From: Haliotis rufescens
Taxonomy: Eukaryota
Length of the DNA stretch: 64,000 nt
Direction: 5' to 3'
Assembly: GCF_023055435.1 (NCBI RefSeq)
Contig: NW_025963902.1
Location: 6,386,001 to 6,450,000 of the forward strand
Shown here in pieces: positions 23,181-36,193 of this stretch. Both the position numbers and the translations under genes were made by a program. The notes under the pieces were generated by a model that saw nothing but the letters and a program-made list of their open reading frames with translations, had not been told where the DNA came from and ran no database searches. Numbering within the stretch: the stretch's first letter is position 1; each line of letters opens with the position of its first letter.

Positions 23181-23751
23181 GGGTCGCTGTGGCGTAGGCA
23201 ACAGCACAAACAACGATTTGGTGCGGATTCTATTTTAGTATTGACCCCAGCAACCTGTGCTGGTCGTAAGAGGCGACTTATTGACCGTGTAGTCAGACTC
23301 GATGACTCGGTTGATTGTGTTACCATATCCCAATGTTGGAGATTGTTGCTCACAATATCAATCACTGGATTGTCTGGTCAAGACAGACTGCCGTCATGTA
23401 GCTGGAATATTGCTGAGGGCGGTGTTAAATAACTAACAGGAGAATGACACCAGAGCTCTTTAGTGTCTGTGAAAGATGAGACTGTTTGGCTGAATAATTT
23501 TCAACCATCTCTGAGAGCACCACTTTTTAAATGTCAGTTGTAGCTATGTTACAAGGTATAGAATGTTGGTATTTCTTAACTTTTTGAGTAATTTTAATTT
23601 TTGTTTTATATATTTTGTTTCATTTGCACATATTGGCAACATAATAATTGAGGCTGTGATGAGAATGTACAAAGCTGTATAATTATCAAAAGTGTAGCAT
23701 GTGAATAAATATTAACATGTGACTAGATTGTTGTTAATTTGTGGTCTTTTA

Positions 23752-23912
23752 GCGGCGGTGGGGTAGCCTCGGGGTTAAAGCGTTTGCTCGTCATGCTAAA
23801 GACCCGCGTTCGATTTCCCACATGGGTACAATATGTGAAGCCCATTTCTGGTGTCCTCTGCCATGACATTGCTCGGATATCGTTTAAAGTGGCGTAAAAC
23901 AACACTCACTCA
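23752..23912 (+). mobile_element. SINE family A
   Basis: Similarity to the 9646 copy. Confidence 0.8.
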
Positions 23913-23992
23913 ATGTTGTCTTTTAACAAAGACCATTTGTGTTTGTTCACAATGTTATTTTCTGTCAGTAAAACAAAACAGTCGATAGCTGC

Positions 23993-24232
23993 TGGGGCAA
24001 GAGTAGCCCTGCATCTAAGGCATCACAATTCATGTCTTGGGACGCCAGGAACCTATGATGTGAGTCCGAATCCAAATTATGATTCCAAGGTTTGTCACCA
24101 CCATACCCGTGCTCTTGGGTTTCATCAAAGTGCTAAATGTCTGAGACCTGCATCACATTGGACTTTCTCCTACATCGAGCTAAAATGACGTGATATAACT
24201 GGAATACTGTTTAAAGCAGCGTTACTCACTCA
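23993..24232 (+). mobile_element. SINE family C (diverged)
   Basis: Similarity to 15808. Confidence 0.75.
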
Positions 24233-24655
24233 GTTGCTCAGTTGTTCCTTCTCTCTGTGCTAGTTGTAAGAGAGGACTAAATGGACTGGATGGTCAGGCT
24301 CTGTCGCTTGGTCATCGTATCTCGACTGCGTGGATTATTGCTCAATATCAGTCAATGGATTGTCTGGTACAGACTCGATTATTTACAGACCACCATCCTA
24401 TAGCTGGAATATCGCTGAGTGCGGCATTAAACAAAAAACAAACAACTTCTACCTCCACTAGCAGGATGCTGTCTGCAGCTTGATATGATTCAAGTAATGA
24501 AGAAAAGCTGGTCAGAGACCCCATCAGAACTTTGTCTACCTGTGAGTGTGAAGATAAGCTGCTGTTACCATGGTGTTACGTCTGAAGTAATCTCGTCATG
24601 TCATGTCCAACATGATACACCTCCAACCTGGTCTTGATGATATACACCAGATAGT

Positions 24656-27600
24656 ATGATGTACCTAGGGTAGAGCCGCCATGATGTACCTAGGGTAGAG
24701 CGGCCATGATGTACCTAGGGTAAAGCGGCCATGATGTACCTAGGGTAGAGCGGCCATGATGTACCTAGGGTAGAGTGGCCATGATGTACCTTGGGTAGAG
24801 TGGCCATGATGTACCTAGGGTAGAGCGGCCATGATGTACCTAGGGTAGAGTGAGTGGCCATGATGTACCTAGGGTAGAGCGGCCATGATGTACCTAGGGT
24901 AGAGTAAGCGGCCATGATGTACCTAGGGTAGAGCGGCCATGATGTACCTAGGGTAGAGGAGTGGCCATGATGTACCTAGGGTAGAGCGGCCATGATGTAC
25001 CTAGGGTAGAGTGAGTGGCCATGATGTACCTAGGGTAGAGCGGCCATGATGTACCTAGGGTAGAGTAAGCAGCCATGATGTACCTAGGGTAGAGCGGCCA
25101 TGATGTACCTAGGGTAGAGCCGCCATGATGTACTTAGGGTAGAGCCGCCATGATGTATCTAGGGTAGAGTGGCCATGATGTACCTAGGGTAGAGTGGCCA
25201 TGATGTATCTAGGGTAGAGTTGCCATGATGTACCTAGGGTAGAGTGGCCATGATGTACCTAGGGTAGAGCGGCCATGATATAACTAGGGTAGAGTTGCCA
25301 TGATGTACCTAGGGTAGAGTGGCCATGATGTACCTAGGGTAGAGTGAGTGGCCATGATGTACCTAGGGTAGAGCGGCCATGATGTACCTAGGGTAGAATG
25401 AGCAGCCATGATGAACCTAGGGTAGAGTGGCCATGATGTACCTAGGGTAGAGCAGCCATGATGTACCTAGGGTAGAGTGGCCATGATGTACCTAGGGTAG
25501 AGCGGCCATGATGTACCTAGGGTAGAGCGGCCATGATGTAGCTAGGGTAGAGTGGCCATGATGTACCTAGGGTAGAGTGAGTGGCCATGATGTAGCTAGG
25601 GTAGAGTGGCCATGATGTACCTAGGGTAGAGCGGCCATGATGTAGCTAGGGTAGAGCAGCCATGATGTACCTAGGGTAGAGTGAGTGGTCATGATGTACC
25701 TAGGGTAGAGCGGCCATGATGTACCTAGGGTAGAGCGGCCATGATGTACCTAGGGTAGAGTGAGCGGCCATGATGTACTTAGGGTAGAGCGGCCATGATG
25801 TAGCTAGGGTAGAGCGGCCATGATGTATCTAGGGTAGAGTGGCCATGATGTAGGTAGGGTAGAGTGGCCATGATGTAGCTAGGGTAGAGTGGCCATGATG
25901 TAGCTAGGGTAGAGCGGCCATGATGTACCTAGGGTAGAGTGGCCATGATGTAGCTAGGGTAGAGCGGCCATGATGTACCTAGGGTAGAGCGGCCATGATG
26001 TAGCTAGGGTAGAGCGGCCACGATGTAGCTAGGGTAGAGTGAGCGGCCATGATGTACCTAGGGTAGAGTGGCCATGATGTACCTAGGGTAGAGCGGCCAT
26101 GATGTAGCTAGGGTAGAGCGGCCATGATGTACCTAGGGTAGAGTGGCCATGATGTACCTAGGGTAGAGCGGCCATGATGTACCTAGGGTAGAGCGGCCAT
26201 GATGTAGCTAGGGTAGAGTGGCCATGATGTACCTAGGGTAGAGCGGCCATGATGTACCTAGGGTAGAGCGGCCATGATGTACCTAGGGTAGAGTGGCCAT
26301 GATATACCTAGGGTAGAGTGAGCGGCCATGATGTACCTAGGGTAGAGCGGCCATGATGTACCTAGGGTAGAGCTGCCATGATGTACCTAGGGTAGAGCCG
26401 CCATGATGTACCTAGGGTAGAGCGGCCATGATGTATCTAGGGTAGAGCGGCCATGATGTAGCTAGGGTAGAGTGGCCATGATGTACCTAGGGTAGAGCGG
26501 CCATGATGCACCTAGGGTAGAGTGAGCGGACATGAAGTACCTAGGGTAGAGCCGCCATGATGTACCTAGGGTAGAGCGGCCATGATGTACCTAGGGTAGA
26601 GTGGCCATGATGTACCTAGGGTAGAGTGGCCATGATGTACCTAGGGTAGAGTGGCCATGATGTATCTAGGGTAGAGCAACCATGATGTATCTAGGGTAGA
26701 GTGGCCATGATGTATCTAGGGTAGAGCGGCCATGATGTAGCTAGGGTAGAGTGGCCATGATGTATCTAGGGTAGAGCGGCCATGATGTAGCTAGGGTAGA
26801 CCGGCCATGATGTAGCTAGGGTAGAGCGGCCATGATGTAGCTAGGGTAGAGTGGCCATGATGTAGCTAGGGTAGAGCGGCCATGATGTACCTAGGATAGA
26901 GTGGCCATGATGTAGCTAGGGTAGAGTGGCCATGATGTACCTAGGGTAGAGCGGCCATGATGTAGCTAGGGTAGAGTGGCCATGATGTAGCTAGGGTAGA
27001 GTGGCCATGATGTACCTAGGGTAGAGCGGCCATGATGTACCTAGGGTAGAGTGGCCATGATGTACCTAGGGTAGAGCGGCCATGATGTATCTAGGATAGA
27101 GCGGCCACGATGTAGCTAGGGTAGAGTGAGCGGCCATGAAGTATCTAGGGTAGAGCGGCCATGATGTAGCTAGGGTACAGCGGCCATGATGTAGCTAGGG
27201 TAGAGTGGCCATGATGTACCTAGGGTAGAGCGGCCATGATGTACCTAGGGTAGAGCGGCCATGATGTACCTAGGGTAGAGTGGCCATGATGTAGCTAGGG
27301 TAGAGTGGCCATGATGTAGCTAGGGTAGAGTGGCCATGATGTAGCTAGGGTAGAGCGGCTATGATGTAGCTACGGAAGAGTGGCCATGATGTACCTAGGG
27401 TAGAGCGGCCATGATGTAGCTAGGGTAGAGCGGCCATGATGTAGCTAGGGTAGAGAGGCCATGATGTACCTAGGGTAGAGCGGCCATGATGTACCTAGGG
27501 TAGAGTGGCCATGATGTACCTAGGGTAGAGCGGCCATGATGTATCTAGGGTAGAGCGGCGACGATGTAGCTAGGGTAGAGTGAGCGGCCATGAAGTATCT

Positions 27601-30600
27601 AGGGTAGAGCGGCCATGATGTATCTAGGGTAGAGCGGCCATGATGTACCTAGGGTACAGCGGCCATGATGTACCTAGGGTACAGCGGCCATGATGTAGCT
27701 AGGGTACAGCGGCCATGATGTATCGAGGGTAGAGTGGCCATGATGTACCTAGGGTAGAGCGGCCATGATGTACCTAGGGTAGAGTGGCCATGATGTACCT
27801 AGGGTACAGCTGCCATGATGTACCTAGGGTAGAGTGGCCATAATGTATCTAGGGTAGAGTGGCCATGATGTATCTAGGGTAGAGTGAGTGGCCATGATGT
27901 ACCTAGGGTAGAGCGGCCATGATGTACCTAGGGTAGAGTGGCCATGATGTAGCTAGGGTACAGCGGCCATGATGTATCTAGGGTAGAGCGGCCATGATGT
28001 ATCTAGGGTAGAGCGGCCATGATGAACCTAGGGTAGAGCCGCCATGATGTACCTAGGGTAGAGCCGCCATGATGTACCTAGGGTAAAGTGGCCATGATGT
28101 ACCTAGGGTAGAGCGGCCATGATGTACCTAGGGTAGAGTGGCCATGATGTACCTAGGGTAGAGTGAGTGGCCATGATGTACCTAGGGTAGAGCGGCAATG
28201 ATGTACCAAGGGTAGAGTGAGTGGTCATGATGTACCTAGGGTAGAGCGGCCATGATGTACCTAGGGTAGAGCGGCCATGATGTACCTAGGGTAGAGTGAG
28301 CGGCCATGATGTACCTAGGGTAGAGCGGCCATGATGTACCTAGGGTAGAGCGGCCATGATGTACCTAGGGTAGAGCCGCCATGATGTACCTAGGGTAGAG
28401 CGGCCATGATGTATCTAGGGTAGAGCGGCCATGATGTAGCTAGGGTAGAGTGGCCATGATGTACCTAGGGTAGAGCGGCCATGATGTACCTAGGGTAGAG
28501 TGAGCGGCCATGAAGTACCTAGGGTACAGTGGCCATGATGTACCTAGGGTAGAGCGGCCATGATGTACCTAGGGTAGAGTGGCCATGATGTACCTAGGGT
28601 AGAGCGGCCATGATGTATCTAGGGTAGAGCGCCCACGATGTAGCTAGGGTAGAGTGAGCGGCCATGAAGTATCTAGGGTAGAGCGGCCATGATGTATCTA
28701 GGGTAGAGCGGCCATGATGTACCTAGGGTACAACGGCCATGATGTACCTAGGGTACAGCGGCCATGATGTAGCTAGGGTACAGCGGCCATGATGTATCTA
28801 GGGTAGAGTGGCCATGATGTACCTAGGGTAGAGCGGCCATGATGTAGCTAGGGTAGAGTGGCCATGATGTACCTAGGGTAGAGTGGCCATGATGTATCTA
28901 GGGTAAAGTGGCCATGATGTAGCTAGGGTAGAGTGGCCATGATGTATCTAGGGTAGAGTGAGCGGCCATGATGTACCTAGGGTAGAGCGGCCATGATGTA
29001 CCTAGGGTAGAGTGGCCATGATGTACCTAGGGAAGAGAGGCCATGATGTAGCTAGGGTAGATCGGCCATGATGTAGCTAGGGTAGAGTGGCCATGATGTA
29101 TCTAGGGTAGAGTGAGCGGCCATGAAGTATCTAGGGTAGAGCGGCCATGATGTACCTAGGGTAGAGTGGCCATGATGTACCTAGGGTAGAGTGGCCATGA
29201 TGTAGCTAGGGTAGAGCGGCCATGATGTACCTAGGGTAGAGTGGCCATGATGTAACTAGGGTAGAGTTGCCATGATGTACCTAGGGTAGAGTGGCCATGA
29301 TGTACCTAGGGTAGAATGGCCATGATGTACCTAGGGTAGAGTGAGTGGCCATGATGTACCTAGGGTAGAGTGAGCGGCCATGATGAACCTAGGGTAGAGC
29401 GACCATGATGTACCTAGGGTAGAGTGTCCATGATGTAGCTAGGGTAGAGCGGCCATGATGTAGCTAGGGTAGAGTGGCCATGATGTACCTAGGGTAGAGC
29501 GGCCATGATGTAGCTAGGGTAGAGCGGCCATGATCTAGCTAGGGTAGAGTGGCCATGATGTACCTAGGGTAGAGCGGCCATGATGTACCTAGGGTAGAGC
29601 GGCCATGATGTAGCTAGGGTAGAGCGGCCATGATGTAGCTAGGGTAGAGCAGCCATGATGTACCTAGGGTAGAGCGGCCATGATGTACCTAGGGTAGAGT
29701 GGCCATGATGTACCTAGGGTAGAGTGGCCATGATGTACCTAGGGTAGAGCGGCTATGATGTACCTATGGTAGAGTGGCCATGATGTACCTAGGGTAGAGT
29801 GGCCATGATGTAGTTAGGGTAGAGCGGCCATGATGTAGCTAGGGTAGAGCGGCCATGATGTTCCTAGGGTAGAGTGGCCATGATGTATCTAGGGTAGAGC
29901 GGCCATGATGTACCTAGGGTAGAGCGGCCATGATGTAGCTAGGGTAGAGCGGCCATGATGTATAGGGTAGAGCGGCCATGATGTTCCTAGGGTAGAGTGG
30001 CCATGATGTATCTAGGGTAGAGCGGCCATGATGTACCTAGGGTAGAGTGGTCATGATGTACCTAGGGTAGAGCGGCCATGATGTACCTATGGTAGAGTGG
30101 CCATGATGTACCTAGGGTAGAGTGGCCATGATGTACCTAGGGTAGAGTGGCCATGATGTAGCTAGGGTAGAGCGGCCATGATGTACCTAGGGTAGAGCGG
30201 CCATGATGTACCCAGGGTAGAGCGGCCATGATGTAGCTAGGGTAGAGTGGCCATGATGTAGCTAGGGTAGAGTGGCCATGATGTACCTAGGGTAGAGCGG
30301 CCATGATGTAGCTAGGGTAGAGTGGCCATGATGTACCTATGGTAGAGTGGCCATGATGTAGCTAGGGTAGAGCGGCCATGATGTACCTAGGGTAGAGCGG
30401 CCATGATGTACCTAGGATAGAGTGAGTGGCCATGATGTACCTAGGGTACAGCGGCCATGATGTACCTAGGATAGAGTGGCCATGATGTAGCTAGGGTAGA
30501 GCTGCCATGATGTACCTAGGGTAGAGTGGCCATGATGTACCTAGGGTAGAGTGGCCATGATGTAGCTAGGGTAGAGCAGCCATGATGTACCTAGGATAGA

Positions 30601-32156
30601 GTGGCCATAATGTAGCTAGGGTAGAGCGGCCATGATGTAGCTAGGGTAGAGCGGCCATGATGTAGCTAGGGTAGAGCGGCCATTATGTACCTAGGATAGA
30701 GTGGCCATGATGTAGCTAGGGTAGAGCGGCCATGATGTACCTAGGGTAGAGTGGCCATGATGTACCTAGGGTAGAGTGGCCATGATGTAGCTAGGGTAGA
30801 GCGGCCATGATGTAGCTAGGATAGAGTGGCCATAATGTAGCTAGGGTAGACCGGCCATGATGTAGCTAGGGTAGAGCGGCCATGATGTACCTAGGGTAGA
30901 GCGGCCATGATGTAGCTAGGGTAGAGCGGCTATGATGTACCTAGGGTAGAGTGGCCATGATGTAGCTAGGGTAGAGCGGCCATGATGTAGCTAGGGTAGA
31001 GCGGCCATGATGTACCTAGGGTAGAGCGGCCATGATGTACCTAGGGTAGAGCGGCCATGATGTAGCTAGGGTAGAGTGGCCATGATGTAGCTAGGGTAGA
31101 GCAACCATGATGTACCTAGGGTAGAGTGGCTATGATGTAGCTAGGGTAGAGCGGCCATGATGTAGCTAGGGTAGAGTGGCCATGATGTACCTAGGGTAGA
31201 GTGGCCATGATGTAGCTAGGGTAGAGCGGCCATGATGTAGCTAGGGTAGAGCAACCATGATGTACCTAGGGTAGAGTGGCCATGATGTACCTAGGGTAGA
31301 GCGGCCATGATGTACCTAGGGTAGAGTGGCCATGATGTACCTAGGGTAGAGCGGCCATGATGTACCTAGGGTAGAGCGCCATGAAGTAGCTAGGGTAAAT
31401 AGGCCATGATGTAGCTAGGATAGAGTGAGTGGCCATGATGTACCTAGGGTAGAGTGGCCATGATGTACCTAGGGTAGAGTGGCCATGATGTACCTAGGGT
31501 AGAGCGGCTATGATGTACCTAGGGTAGAGCGGCCATGATGTAGCTAGGGTAGAGCAGCCATGATGTAGCTAGGATAGAGTGAGTGGCCATGATGTACCTA
31601 GGGTAGAGTGGCCATGATGTACCTAGGGTAGAGTGGCCATGATGTACCTAGGGTAGAGCGGCTATGATGTACCTAGGGTAGAGCGGCCATGATGTAGCTA
31701 GGGTAGAGCAACCATGATGTAGCTAGGATAGAGTGAGTGGCCATGATGTACCTAGGGTAGAGCGGCCATGATGTACCTAGGGTAGAGCGGCCATGATGTA
31801 CCTAGGGTAGAGTGGCCATGATGTAGCTAGGGTAGAGTGGCCATGATGTACCTAGGGTAGAGCAACCATGATGTACCTAGGGTAGAGCGGCCATGATGTA
31901 CCTAGGGTAGAGCGGCCATGATGTAGCTAGGATAGAGTGAGTGGCCATGATGTACCTAGGGTAGAGCGGCCATGATGTACCTAGGATAGAGTGAGTGGCC
32001 ATGATGTACCTAGGGTAGAGCGGCCATGATGTACCTAGGGTAGAGTGGCCATGATGTACCTAGGGTAGAGCGGCCATGATGTACCTAGGGTAGAGTGAGT
32101 GGCCATGATGTAGCTAGGATAGAGTGAGTGGCCATGATATACCTAGGGTAGTGCGG
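24656..32156. repeat. ~7.5 kb tandem satellite, 25-bp unit ATGATGTACCTAGGGTAGAGCGGCC (~290-300 copies; 29-bp variants with GAGT insertion)
   Basis: Directly visible head-to-tail array with no spacers. Confidence 0.99.
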
Positions 32157-32847
32157 TATATTCAACTGTTCATCAAACTGATTTCTATAGTACTAGATAA
32201 TCGACCAGTGACAGTACTTCATTTGGGATATTAAGCAACAAGAACAAAGGGTAAGGCTTTGCTATTATTTTTCAACTGTTCTTTTTTTCACTTATTTCTT
32301 TAACGGCGTGAACATCAAATATAGATTGCTAAGTTTCTTAAAAACATCCAACTAATATTAATCATATCAGTTTTATTGCCACAAATGTTGCACAAGTTTT
32401 AAATATTTCATACAGTACATTCTAAACATGCTTAAACATGTAAAACAACATGTTACACTTCATCTGTCCATGCATGTCATAAACACGATAAATACAATGA
32501 GCAAAGTTGTTGGTATAATACCGGGCCTGGACACATGCAGCAAACAGTTCCAGTAATCTAAGCACAGCTATTATGATTTCATTGGCCTGGTTAACTAATC
32601 TGGCTTCAAATGCTTGATATATTGTGCTCTTTGAACATGTTTCATAGATATTTGCTGCAATCATGTGGTCGGATAGTAGTCGGACCCAGGTGTATAGAAT
32701 GCCTCTTATACATGCAATAGGGTAATAAATAATATATACGTCATGAAATGTAGATATGGTTGATTATCTTTACATAGAACCAATTGCTAATCACCCATCA
32801 ACTCCAACAGTATTATGTCAATATAAATAAATCTTTGTGTTCTTCAT

Positions 32848-33070
32848 GAGTGAGTGAGTTGGGTTAAACGCCGCATTGAACAGTATTCCAGTAATATCAC
32901 GGCGTGTCAGCTCGATGTGGGGGGAAAGCCGTAAGTGATACAGGTCTCAGACGTTTTCCACTTTGGTGAAACCCAATGGTGACAAACCTAGAAACATAAT
33001 CAGGGCGAACTGGGATTCGAACTCACAATCATACGTTTCTGACGTGCTCAAGGGATGCAAGGTGCCCCTC
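32848..33070 (-). mobile_element. SINE family C
   Basis: Similarity to 15808. Confidence 0.8.
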
Positions 33071-33081
33071 GTGAGTGAGTG

Positions 33082-33335
33082 GTTTGGTTTGTTTGTTGTT
33101 TAATGCCGCACTCAGCAATATTCCAGCTATATGACGGCGGTCTGTAAATAATCAAGTCTGGACCAGACAATCCAGTGATTGACATCACGAGCATCGATCC
33201 ACACAATTGAAATCGATGAAGTGCATCAACCAAGTCAGCGAGCCTGACCACCCGATCCCGTTAGTCGCCTCGTACGACAAGCATAGTCGCCTTTTATGGC
33301 AAAAATGGGTTGCTGAAGACCTATTCTACCCCGGA
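33082..33335 (-). mobile_element. Family B retroposon
   Basis: Near full length. Confidence 0.85.
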
Positions 33336-34366
33336 ATCCTCAGTGAGTGAGTGAGTTGGGTTTGGTTTAATGCCACTTTGGGGAACCCTGCGAGCACGGG
33401 GATAGTGCTGCCAAACCTGACATACCTGGGGGTGAACCAGGATTCGAACCCACAATCATAGGTTTCTAGGTTTCTGGCAAGCCCCTCTTGAACATTATCA
33501 AGTTAATTTTGATCATCCATTCTATTGCAGACTATTGTCCGCTATTCAACACTCATATTTAAGGAGAATTAAACATTGCACAATAAAAAACATCATTTCA
33601 TGCACAAACATACTTTTGGCCTTGGGGCTTGTCATAATTCTTTGATGTTTTATTATTGGATGGTAAACATGGTAAAAGTAATTATTACATATGAATTATG
33701 TACAACACACACAATATACATACAAATTGTTTACCTGAGATAATAACACAGGTAAACAATGCCAGGACATTTATACCAATATGATCAAAGTCTGTACATA
33801 TTCCAGCAAGCACACATGACGATTGTGTAGTCACTATAATCATGATAATCATCAGGTCTTTAAAACCACAATTACTGACAATATGTTTTTAATTTATATT
33901 TACTTTATGTTTGATCTGAATACACCATATCTGAGTTTTGTCCTGGCTGTAATACTAATCATGTATGAAGTAATACCCAAATGGTTTGTCTGCACCAAAC
34001 ACAACATATTGCAGGCCAACTTGAGCTGTGGTATAGTTGAAATACTGCCGACAATAGTATTAAACCAAAATTCACTCACCCCAGTTAGCTTCACTGATGT
34101 TAATCTATTATTATAATCGTGGAATTAGTGAGTGAGTGAATATGGTTAAATGCCGCTTTGAACAGCATTTCAGTTATATAACAGTGTGTCAACTTAAAGT
34201 CCGAAGTGATGCAGGTCTTAGATGTTTGTTACCTTGGTGAAACCCATGACGAGATTTTGGTGCTGACAAACCTAAAACAATCAGGGTGAATCTGGGATTT
34301 GAACCCACAAAAACATTAACTTGTGGTGTCCTAGACACTGAGCCACCTGTGTTACCTTCAGTGTAA

Positions 34367-36193
34367 CTAACTGACATTGGTCTTTTCTAGCTTATTGCAC
34401 AAATCCAGTTCCGTTTGACCACTCTCTTGCTGCTCCTTGACCTGGTCACCTGAGGCCACTTTGTTCTCGACACCTGTGGCAACCTTCCCCTCATCACTCG
34501 ACACTTCCTCGGACTTTGTGTCCACCTTACCCTCTTCCTCAGACTTAACCTCGGGCTCTTCCTCCGTCATCTTATCCCCGTCCTCAGACTTTGTCCCTTC
34601 TGGAGCCTCTTCCTCAGATTTGGTCTTCTCGTCAACATCTTCAAAGGCATTCTCTGTTCCCTCGCCCACTTTCGTCTCTGCATCATCCACGTAGATGATG
34701 TCTTCAGGGTTGGGAGGTTTGGGAAGAAACTCTTCATCAGGACAAATCTTCTCCCATATTTTCCTGGCATGGAGAACAATATCATCCATATCAATCTCTA
34801 TCCCAGGGCCAGGCAGAAGGTAGACATTCGAGGGAGTCGAACTTGAAGGAGTCACATCCGATTGATCGTCCTGGCTGTAAAACAACGACCACAAGATACA
34901 TGGTTTGTCATCGGTCTGCTCCGAGCCTCCAAATAAGGTTTGGATGATGGGCGAAAGATCAGCTTCAGGGTCACCACTTCCTGTACGAGTAACATGTACA
35001 ACGAACGAATCCCTCGGACAAACCATGGACGATGGTGGTAGTTCTAAAATGGTGATCGGTCGGGATGGATCGTCTTCCGAGGGGAGGTGCAACATGGAAA
35101 GTTCTTGATTTTCTGATGGCAGAACGGACTTGTTAGTTATCAAAATGGCACGAGAGATTTTGGAATCAGAAGCGCTGTCCTTCAGCGTCTCTGGAGTGTA
35201 GGATGGCCCAAGGATAAGATGCTTGCATTCAATCCTTTGTCCCTCTGTTGTGTGTATTGCACAGCATTTGTTGTCCTGGTCTATTATGATATCAGTGGCC
35301 GACATCTGCAGGCAGTACACACCACCAAATACGGCACACAGACGACAGAAGCCTTGTGGTATTTCTCCACTACCATATAAAGGAAACAGGAATGCTGTGT
35401 TGCCATAGCGACCAAGGGACTGTAAGAAGTGCTGAGTTTTCTTCAATCCTTGTTCTGTTGTAGTTGCCTCTGTTGCCATAGCAATGGAGTGATAAACAAA
35501 GTGATGAGTGTTTGGCGTCAGCTTCTTGAATTTCAAAAATTCCAAAAAGGGTTTTCCGACATAGTCTTGATAGTGATCAGGGTATTTATCATGTTCAGCA
35601 CAGAACGTGAGAAACTTCATGAGCAACCGTTTCTCCAACATCGACACCTTCTTGCTACTGAAAACATCTGCCCGCGAACATGGCACTTTCTCCAATTGTC
35701 CATTGAGGAGAGTTAGCATTCTACTGACAGTCCTGAACTCACAATATTTAGCAACATCAGAGACTATCAGCAACTCCACCATCTGGCCGCTGCAGTACAA
35801 AACTTTAGGGGCAAGGTCAAGGTTGAATCTCCGCCAGTTGTTCTTTATTTCATTTGCTGTCCAAATTTTCTGGGTTGGCTTGGCCTCTTTCTTCTCAACC
35901 TGCTCCTGCTCTTCAGATGTTTCCGTCCGCTGTTCCTCTTTCTTGTCATCAAACTGACCTTCACCTTCAGCATCAGATTGGGGAAGTTGTTCTGGGGGAG
36001 CGCTGGTTTCTTCATCACCACCTGACTCCGCTGCAACACTCTCCTCTGGGATGTCGATTTCTTCAGCAACATGATATTGTACTCTGATCTTGCTTTTATC
36101 TGCTGGAAAGCCAGGCATCGACATGACCCTCTCACCATCTTTCAGCTCTGGTGATTTCTTGTTGTCCTGCTTCTCATTCCCTGGCTCAGCTGT
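34367..36193 (-). CDS. CHM: CHM coding exon 2 (1827 nt)
   Basis: The 620-aa ORF trimmed to the acceptor at 36194; contains all remaining REP motifs. Confidence 0.9.
   Translation of the reverse strand, partial: TAEPGNEKQDNKKSPELKDGERVMSMPGFPADKSKIRVQYHVAEEIDIPEESVAAESGGDEETSAPPEQLPQSDAEGEGQFDDKKEEQRTETSEEQEQVEKKEAKPTQKIWTANEIKNNWRRFNLDLAPKVLYCSGQMVELLIVSDVAKYCEFRTVSRMLTLLNGQLEKVPCSRADVFSSKKVSMLEKRLLMKFLTFCAEHDKYPDHYQDYVGKPFLEFLKFKKLTPNTHHFVYHSIAMATEATTTEQGLKKTQHFLQSLGRYGNTAFLFPLYGSGEIPQGFCRLCAVFGGVYCLQMSATDIIIDQDNKCCAIHTTEGQRIECKHLILGPSYTPETLKDSASDSKISRAILITNKSVLPSENQELSMLHLPSEDDPSRPITILELPPSSMVCPRDSFVVHVTRTGSGDPEADLSPIIQTLFGGSEQTDDKPCILWSLFYSQDDQSDVTPSSSTPSNVYLLPGPGIEIDMDDIVLHARKIWEKICPDEEFLPKPPNPEDIIYVDDAETKVGEGTENAFEDVDEKTKSEEEAPEGTKSEDGDKMTEEEPEVKSEEEGKVDTKSEEVSSDEGKVATGVENKVASGDQVKEQQESGQTELDLCNKLEKTNVS

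Noticed and set aside
24656-32156. CRISPR array or telomeric repeat
   Set aside because: Units are contiguous with no unique spacers and no cas genes. CTAGGG only resembles TTAGGG and is not tandem.
34437-36138. Overlapping alternative-frame and antisense ORFs inside CHM (likewise 7158 in RNFT and 46127-47314 in the ankyrin gene)
   Set aside because: Shadow ORFs of real coding sequence with no domain features.
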